Source: Camelus ferus (lineage: Eukaryota). Taken from it: 64,000 bases of DNA. The position numbers were made by a program, and so were the translations under genes. This document shows positions 58,201 to 64,000 of this stretch, piece by piece. The stretch is from positions 97,278,001 through 97,342,000 of the forward strand of contig NC_045698.1 of NCBI RefSeq assembly GCF_009834535.1, in the 5' to 3' direction. Under the pieces are notes generated by a model. The model was not told the origin of the DNA and made no database searches. It saw only the letters and a program-made list of their open reading frames with translations. Position 1 is the stretch's first letter, and each line of letters opens with the position of its first letter.

Positions 58201-59746
58201 TTTTGGAGTCTGACAGTCTTGAGCTCAGGTCCTGACTCTGTCACTTACTATCTGACCTGGGCCTCAGTTTTCTCTTCTTTAAAATGCAAGTGATTTTAGT
58301 ACCTCATAAGTGTCTATGAAGATGAGAAAATGCATATAAAGCACAGTGCCTGACCGTTCATGCTTAAGAAATCCTGGACATTTTTATTTCTGCCCCCTTC
58401 TCTCAAATTCTCAGTTTCAAGTCTGCCCTGACTCCATGTCTCCACAGTCAAGTCCCTCTGTGGGCCTGGATGTCCTCAAAAGGATTCCTCAGTCCACCAA
58501 AATGAAAGTGAATGCTCTGAGATCTTGAGATGAGAGGTTAGGCACTCAAGGGTGACTATGGCTCAGGTAGAGTCACTCAGGGCATTCTTAGCCCTGGCGC
58601 TTGCCCTGAGACAGGACAGCGGGTAGGGAGGCTGGGAGAAGCCTAGGTTTGTAAAAATGCCCCCTCATGAGTCTCAGCTTCTAAATCTCTGCCATTTCTG
58701 TAGTTTCTACAACAGCCTAGTCCCCCAGTCCCAGATCACATGTGTGACTCTATCCTGAGGAGGTGGGGGGTGGTTTAGCAATAGGGATCAGAGTTTTACC
58801 CCCAGTACTTGGGCTTTTAGAGAGATGTCTGACCTCTCCAGGAGACAGAGCGTTCAGGTACTCAGGCCCTCTCACCCACTACCAAGAAAAGGCCATCTTC
58901 TCTCCCCATCCAAGCACTCTTAAACTCTCTTCTGCTGCTTTGAGCACATGCTCATAATCCTCCACAGAAGACCTGTGGAGGGTGAGGTGGGGGTGGGGAT
59001 GGATGACCTAAGGGAAGTTACTGCCCTGTGAGTCACAGTCTCCTGGATTTCTCATGGCTCCCAGCAACTTCTCCCTAATTAGAGGACTCCTATGAGCTAC
59101 TTCACAACTCGTCAGCTAGTAGAGCCCTATCTGAGAGGTGTTGTTCCCAAGTCTTCTACTCTGGGGGGTCATTTCATCTAGCCCCCTAGATAAAATGTGT
59201 ACATCTTCTTTGGCAAATGGCTCTTTGTATTTAACCTGAGTCCCCCTTGCTGTGATTTGAGCTTAAAGTCAATATTTGGAAATCCCAGGTTTTTACTCCT
59301 CATACAAGAGAAGACAAAGATGACATGGAAAGCCCAAGGTACAGACAGTTTTGTGCTAGGACATCCTAGAAGGAGCTTTCTAGCCTCAATATACCAAGAC
59401 AGTCACTTCCCACATTTCAGGAGATCTGCCTCTGTGGGGGCTCTAGTTCACCCCGAAGTTTTCCCACAAAAGTGTTTAACCATATCTGTATTTTACTCCT
59501 GCCTGGGAAGGACTGATTCTCAAGCCAACTGATCCCCTTCAAGAGAAGGCTCTGGAATTTCCCTCTGGGCAGCACAGCCCTGGATGGAAAGCCTGTGCGG
59601 TGGATGTCCTGACGGAGGGACAGGTGCCCAGGACTGCCAGCTGCGGGAGAGGAACTGCTGAAGGGTGGTGGCCGGTGGCTCTTACCTTGGAGCAGGAGGA
59701 AGCCCAGGATGGCCCAGCACAGCTGCGTTTCTCCGACACTCCCCAT
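52273..59746 (-). CDS. ECSCR: Endothelial cell-specific chemotaxis regulator (ECSM2), type I membrane protein, 202 aa; join(59686-59746,56289-56324,56013-56063,55792-55851,54788-54835,54056-54166,53560-53658,53304-53340,52452-52548,52273-52281)
   Basis: Signal peptide MGSVGETQLCWAILGFLLLQG, S/T/P-rich ectodomain, TILPSPTSETVLTVAAFGVISFIVILVVVVIVLV TM, tail DSITLISMKNINMNN...EKVL. 609 nt in total with all GT-AG junctions in phase. Confidence 0.94.
52452..52548 (-). CDS. ECSCR: ECSCR exon 9
   Basis: CAG...GTGTAT boundaries; CSTANGEKDSITLISMKNINMNNSKGCASAEK. Confidence 0.92.
52696..52795 (+). mobile_element. tRNA-derived camelid SINE in ECSCR intron 8
   Basis: gagggtatagctcaagtggtagagtgcatgcttagcatgcatgaggtcctgggttcaatc. 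Confidence 0.85.
53304..53340 (-). CDS. ECSCR: ECSCR exon 8
   Basis: CAG...GTAAG boundaries; DPQKPGSSGLSES. Confidence 0.92.
53560..53658 (-). CDS. ECSCR: ECSCR exon 7 (transmembrane)
   Basis: CAG...GTACAT boundaries; GVISFIVILVVVVIVLVSVVSLRFKCQKNKESE. Confidence 0.94.
54056..54166 (-). CDS. ECSCR: ECSCR exon 6
   Basis: TAG...GTGAG boundaries; DTFHNVTPKSSTMSLRTGDSTILPSPTSETVLTVAAF. Confidence 0.93.
54788..54835 (-). CDS. ECSCR: ECSCR exon 5
   Basis: CAG...GTATGT boundaries; GTGVLSGDSSRGSTSG. Confidence 0.8.
55792..55851 (-). CDS. ECSCR: ECSCR exon 4
   Basis: CAG...GTACT boundaries; GDSPSTKPNSSSPLPSASTP. Confidence 0.8.
56013..56063 (-). CDS. ECSCR: ECSCR exon 3
   Basis: CAG...GTGAGT boundaries; GNLNSQNLTLEPTSPKA. 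Confidence 0.82.
56289..56324 (-). CDS. ECSCR: ECSCR exon 2
   Basis: CAG...GTAAG boundaries; GHNSLPTTTSPQ. Confidence 0.85.
56962..57060 (+). mobile_element. Short L1 3' tail insertion with TSD in ECSCR intron 1
   Basis: acacaacattgtaaactgactatacctcaataa plus an A-rich tail; TSD tggtc(t/a)ttgtta at 56950-56961 and 57061-57072. Confidence 0.75.
58180..58360 (-). mobile_element. MIR SINE remnant
   Basis: ctctgtcacttactatctgacctgggcctcagttttctc...taaaatg pattern. Confidence 0.65.
59686..59746 (-). CDS. ECSCR: ECSCR exon 1 (coding part, signal peptide)
   Basis: ATG at 59746; MGSVGETQLCWAILGFLLLQ; GTAAG donor. Confidence 0.92.
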
Positions 59747-60336
59747 GTCAGCTGGGTCTGTGGCAGGCAGGCAGCCGCTGTGTGGAGGCTCTGTCCATAG
59801 TGGAGAAGAGAAAGGGAGTGCTGGGGCGGGGTGGGGGGTGGGGGCTGGCTCTCCAGGAGCTTCCTGTCAAAGAATGGAAGGAAACAGATTGGGACTGGCT
59901 CCAGGGGACGTACTCAGCCCAGCAGCCCAGTTGAAGATGTAAAAACAGCAGTGACTGTGCCCAGGCTCCTCATGGCCTGCGCTAGGGCCACTGTGGTCTC
60001 CTCCAGGGCTGTGTACAAAGGCCAGTGATGGCGACCTGGACCCATGCCCCCTCTCTTCCTGTCTGTGGGGTCCATTGGTTCCTCCACAGGCCAACTGGAG
60101 GCTTTCGAGGAGTGTAACTGCAATCCCTCCCCCTTCTTGTAGGTCCTGTTTCAGCGCATGATTAAGCCCTAAAGCTCAGCCCACAGCCGCCCATGCCCAT
60201 GCTCTGTAGACTGAATTCTCCACATGCCTCGCCCTTCTCAGAGCTCCCAATGTAGATGGGACTTCCCAATATCTTTCAGGGAGGCCTTACAAATATTATT
60301 GTTCTTCTGAATAGAAAAACAAGAGGACCACATTCT

Positions 60337-60495
60337 TCTCCCCTCCAGGGGGGAGGTAATTAGGTTTATTATTATTATATTATTATTATTTTATTTTATT
60401 TTGTTTTATTTTATTTTATTTTTATAGAGGAGGTACTGGGGATTGACCTTATGCAAGCTAAGCATGAACTCTACCACTTGAGCTATACCCTCCCC
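60337..60495 (-). mobile_element. tRNA-derived camelid SINE with 13-bp TSD and expanded (TTTTA/TTA)n
   Basis: TSD AGGACCACATTCT at 60324-60336 and 60501-60513; TT/AGAA endonuclease site. Confidence 0.85.
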
Positions 60496-60879
60496 TCAAC
60501 AGGACCACATTCTAAGCATCCCTCCCTCAGCCCTCCCCTTACCACTGGGTCAGGGGTTCCCTGTGCTGCAGCAGCACCCTGACCTTAGCATTCTGCCAGC
60601 ACTATCCCACGATACTCTCTCCCGCAGACACAGGTCAACATTATCACCTTTCTTCATTATCCCTACACCTGGCACAATGCCTGACATGTAACAGGTCCTC
60701 AGCACCTATCTGTTGAACTAAACTCAAAAGATTTAAGAGCAGAGAAATGTTATACACAGTCTTTTTAATATAATTGTTGTCATTGTTGTGGATTTCCTTC
60801 CAATCTATGCCTTCCAGTGACAATATGCATATTTATATGCAATCATTTATATGATTGGTGTCCTTTTCTCCCTTACTTT

Positions 60880-62960
60880 TTATTTTTAAAATAAAGATTT
60901 TATTTTGAAGCAATCACAAATCTACAGAAAATTTACAAGTACATAGAACTTTTTTCCCTGAGCCGTTTGAGAGTAAATTGCCAACAGAATGCCCCATCAC
61001 CCCCAAATATTTTAGTGTATTTCCTACAAACAAGGACAGTCTCCTACATAATCACAATGTAGTCATAAACATTAGGAAATTGATACTGTTATATTAATAC
61101 CATATAATTCTCAGATCCCACCCAAATTTTGACAGTTGCCCCAATGATGTACATTACAGCAAAAGGGTCAAGTCCAGAATTACTCATTGTGTCTCTTTAG
61201 TCTCCTTCAATCTGGAATAGTCTCTTAGTCTTCCCTATACTTTCTTGACCTTAACACTTTTAAAGGTTACTGTCCAGTTATTTTGTACAGTGTCCCTCAT
61301 TTGTATTTGTCTGATGTTTCCTTGTGATTAGATTTAGCTCATGCATCTTTGGTGGGAATGTCACAGAAGCAGTGTTGTGTCCCTCTCTTTGCATCCAATC
61401 AACTGGTACACAATTTTTTTTCCATTAAACATTTTTTAAATTAATTTATTTTTTATTGAAATACAGTCACTTTACAATGTTGTGTCAACTTCTGGTGTAC
61501 AGCATAATGTTTCAGTTATGCATATACATACATATATTCCTTTTCATATTCTTTTCCAATATAGGTTACTGCAAGATATTGAATATAGTTCCCTGTGCGA
61601 TACAGTAGAAACTTGTTGTTTATCTATTTTATATTTGTTAGTTAGTATCTGTAAATCTCCAACTTCCAATTTATCCCTTCCCATCCTCTTCCCCCGCTGG
61701 TAACCAGAAGTTTGTCTTCTACGTCTATGAGTCTGTTTCTGTTTTGTAAGTAAGNNNNNNNNNNNNNNNNNNNNNNNNNNNNNNNNNNNNNNNNNNNNNN
61801 NNNNNNNNNNNNNNNNNNNNNNNNNNNNNNNNNNNNNNNNNNNNNNNNNNNNNNNNNNNNNNNNNNNNNNNNNNNNNNNNNNNNNNNNNNNNNNNNNNNN
61901 NNNNNNNNNNNNNNNNNNNNNNNNNNNNNNNNNNNNNNNNNNNNNNNNNNNNNNNNNNNNNNNNNNNNNNNNNNNNNNNNNNNNNNNNNNNNNNNNNNNN
62001 NNNNNNNNNNNNNNNNNNNNNNNNNNNNNNTTTTGAATTAGAGTCCCCTCCAGATACATAGTGTATAATTTTGATTTGTTCTATTACCGAGGTATTCACT
62101 TGATCACTTCCTTAAAGTGTTGCCTACCAGTATATTAGTTTCCTGTGGCTGCATAACAAATTACTGTTGATAGTGACTTAAAACAACAGCAATTCATTCT
62201 CTCACAGTTCTGGAGACCAGAAGTCAAAGTCAAGGTTTAGCAAAGCCATACTCCCTCTAGGATAGAAACCATTCCTTGCCTCCTCCATCTTCTGGTGGTT
62301 GTTGGGCATTCCTTAGCATTCTTTGATTTGTAGCTGCATCACTTCAAATCTGTCTCTGCCTTCAAATTGCCTTCTCCTCTGTGTGTCTCTTCCAAGGACA
62401 CTTGTCATTGAATCTAGTGCCCATTGGGATAATCCAGGATGACATCCTCATCCTAAGATCCTTAGTTTAGTTATACCTGCAAAGACCTTTTTTTCCAAGT
62501 AAGCTAACATTCACAGGTTCTGGGGATTAAAATATGGACATATCTTTTTGGAGGCCACCATTCATGATTATAGCCAGCTTTCTCCATTTTAGAGCTAGTC
62601 TTTTCCCCTTTGTAATTAATAAGTATTTTGTGGGGAGATACTTTGAAACTGTGTGAATATTACACATTAAAATCATCATTTATTATTTTGATGCTCAAAT
62701 TGTCCCTTTTTTGGTCACCAGGAGCCCTTTCAAGCTGACTTCTGTATCCTTTCAACATGTCTCTATCATTCTTTGAGCACTTCCTTACTTTCTGGGATGA
62801 TGAGGTGTTCCAAGTTCATCTTGTGTTTTATCTGCCCTGGCCCTGGAAGCTATTTTTCCAAGGAGCTCTAGTTCCTTTTAGTGGTAAATGGTATTTAGAA
62901 ACAAGATCCAGGTAGTGCATGTGCTCATTGCTACTAGGAGGTAGCTTCTCCAAGGCCCTT
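60880..62960 (-). mobile_element. Old L1MC-type element interrupted by a younger L1 (about 61430-62060, partly N) and an MLT1 LTR (about 62132-62570)
   Basis: aaatctacagaaaatttacaag...ctgagccgtttgagagtaaattgcc (L1MC); tattagtttcctgtggctgcataacaaattac...cacagttctggagaccagaagtc (MLT1). Confidence 0.7.
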
Positions 62961-63524
62961 CTCTGAAATCTGGCTTCCATTATCCCTACTGGATCACTCT
63001 TTTTGTAGTCAAGCTCCTGTGTCTGCCACCACCTTCACTTCACTTATGTCTTCCACCCCACACTCAGGCTCAGACCTTCCACGATGGGCCCTTCCCCCAC
63101 CATATTGATGCCTTCCTCACCCCTTGTGGGCCCTGACATCCTGCTCTGGGCCACTGTGCCCCTACTCCATAGGCACATTGCCAACCTTCTTCTGCCTCAC
63201 CTTTAGGACTGAATTATGCCAGAAGTAAGGGAAAGGAAGAGGAGAATTTCCCCTTATTTTCAAATCATAAGCATTTTCTGCTGGGTCTCAGTCTTCACAG
63301 TGATCGTTTTTTAACAGCAATGTATTTACTGTCTGTGATCAATTTAATCATCTCCCTGTTTTTGAACATTTAGGCTACTCTCGTGTTTCCTTTTATAACT
63401 GATACTGTCATGAGCAGCTACAGACCTATCACAGTGATGTTGTTATTGTTGTTTGCGCCATTCTAACAGGTGTGTACTTTTTCATTGTTTTTTTAACAGT
63501 TTTATTGAGATATAATTCACATAT

Positions 63525-64000
63525 TGCTCTAGGCTAAAGGTTTGTGTTCCCTCAAAATTCATGTATTGAAGACTACAAACAGAAAACAAACTGTGGTTAC
63601 TGAAGGGGAAGGGGGTAGGGGAAGGATAATTAGGAGTTTGGGATTAGCAGATACACACTACTATCTATAAAACAGATGAACAACAAGGGCCTACTGTATA
63701 GCACAGGGAACTATATTTAGTATCCTGTAATAAACCATAATGGAAAAGAGTATGAAAAAGAATATATATATGTATAGCTGAATCACTATGCTGTACACTA
63801 TAAACTAACATGACATTGTAAGTCAACTATACTTCAAAAAAAATAATAGTATGTTGAAATCCTAACTCCCAAGTTAATGATACTAGGAGATAGGGCCTTT
63901 GGGAGAGAATTGGGTCACAAGGATAGAGCCTTCATGATTGGGTTAGTGCCGTTTTATAAAAGAGACCCCAGAGACCCCCCCAGCTTGCCCCTTTCACCAT
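63525..64000 (+). mobile_element. MaLR LTR (MLT1A/MST-like) split by an L1 3'-end insertion (about 63570-63845)
   Basis: tttgtgttccctcaaaattcatgtattgaa resumes as tatgttgaaatcctaactccc. The insert ends gtcaactatacttcaaaaaaaa. Confidence 0.7.

Noticed and set aside
1-64000. CRISPR arrays, operons, rRNA, snRNA/7SL copies or processed pseudogenes
   Set aside because: Eukaryotic intron-exon organisation. No regularly spaced repeats or recognisable RNA-gene or retrocopy sequence was seen.

Overview
This is mammalian genomic DNA, most likely a camelid (Camelus/Vicugna/Lama), judged from eight copies of a tRNA-derived SINE and the L1 3' tails I recognise; the species cannot be fixed. The window is syntenic with human 5q31.2. 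All genes are on the minus strand: the 5' tip and promoter of SLC23A1 (about 1-30), MZB1 (4 coding exons, 187 aa), intronless PROB1 (1016 aa), SPATA24 (6 exons), DNAJC18 (8 exons, 358 aa expected) and ECSCR (10 exons, 202 aa). Every visible splice junction is GT-AG and phase-consistent. Most of the last coding exon of SPATA24 and of DNAJC18 lies in N blocks. The rest is intron and intergenic DNA rich in MIR, L2, L1, MaLR, hAT MITEs and SINEs. I found no prokaryote-type system (CRISPR, operon) and no convincingly new gene. The best second-look items are a TSD-flanked solo ERV LTR in the PROB1 3' UTR, a degenerate Trp-anchored repeat array in PROB1, a four-segment rearranged L1 under one TSD, a MEF2/E-box/MCAT/GATA cluster upstream of PROB1, and back-to-back ZNF143-type motifs at the DNAJC18 promoter. 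Orthology and repeat-family names come from recalled sequences, not database searches; repeat boundaries are approximate.
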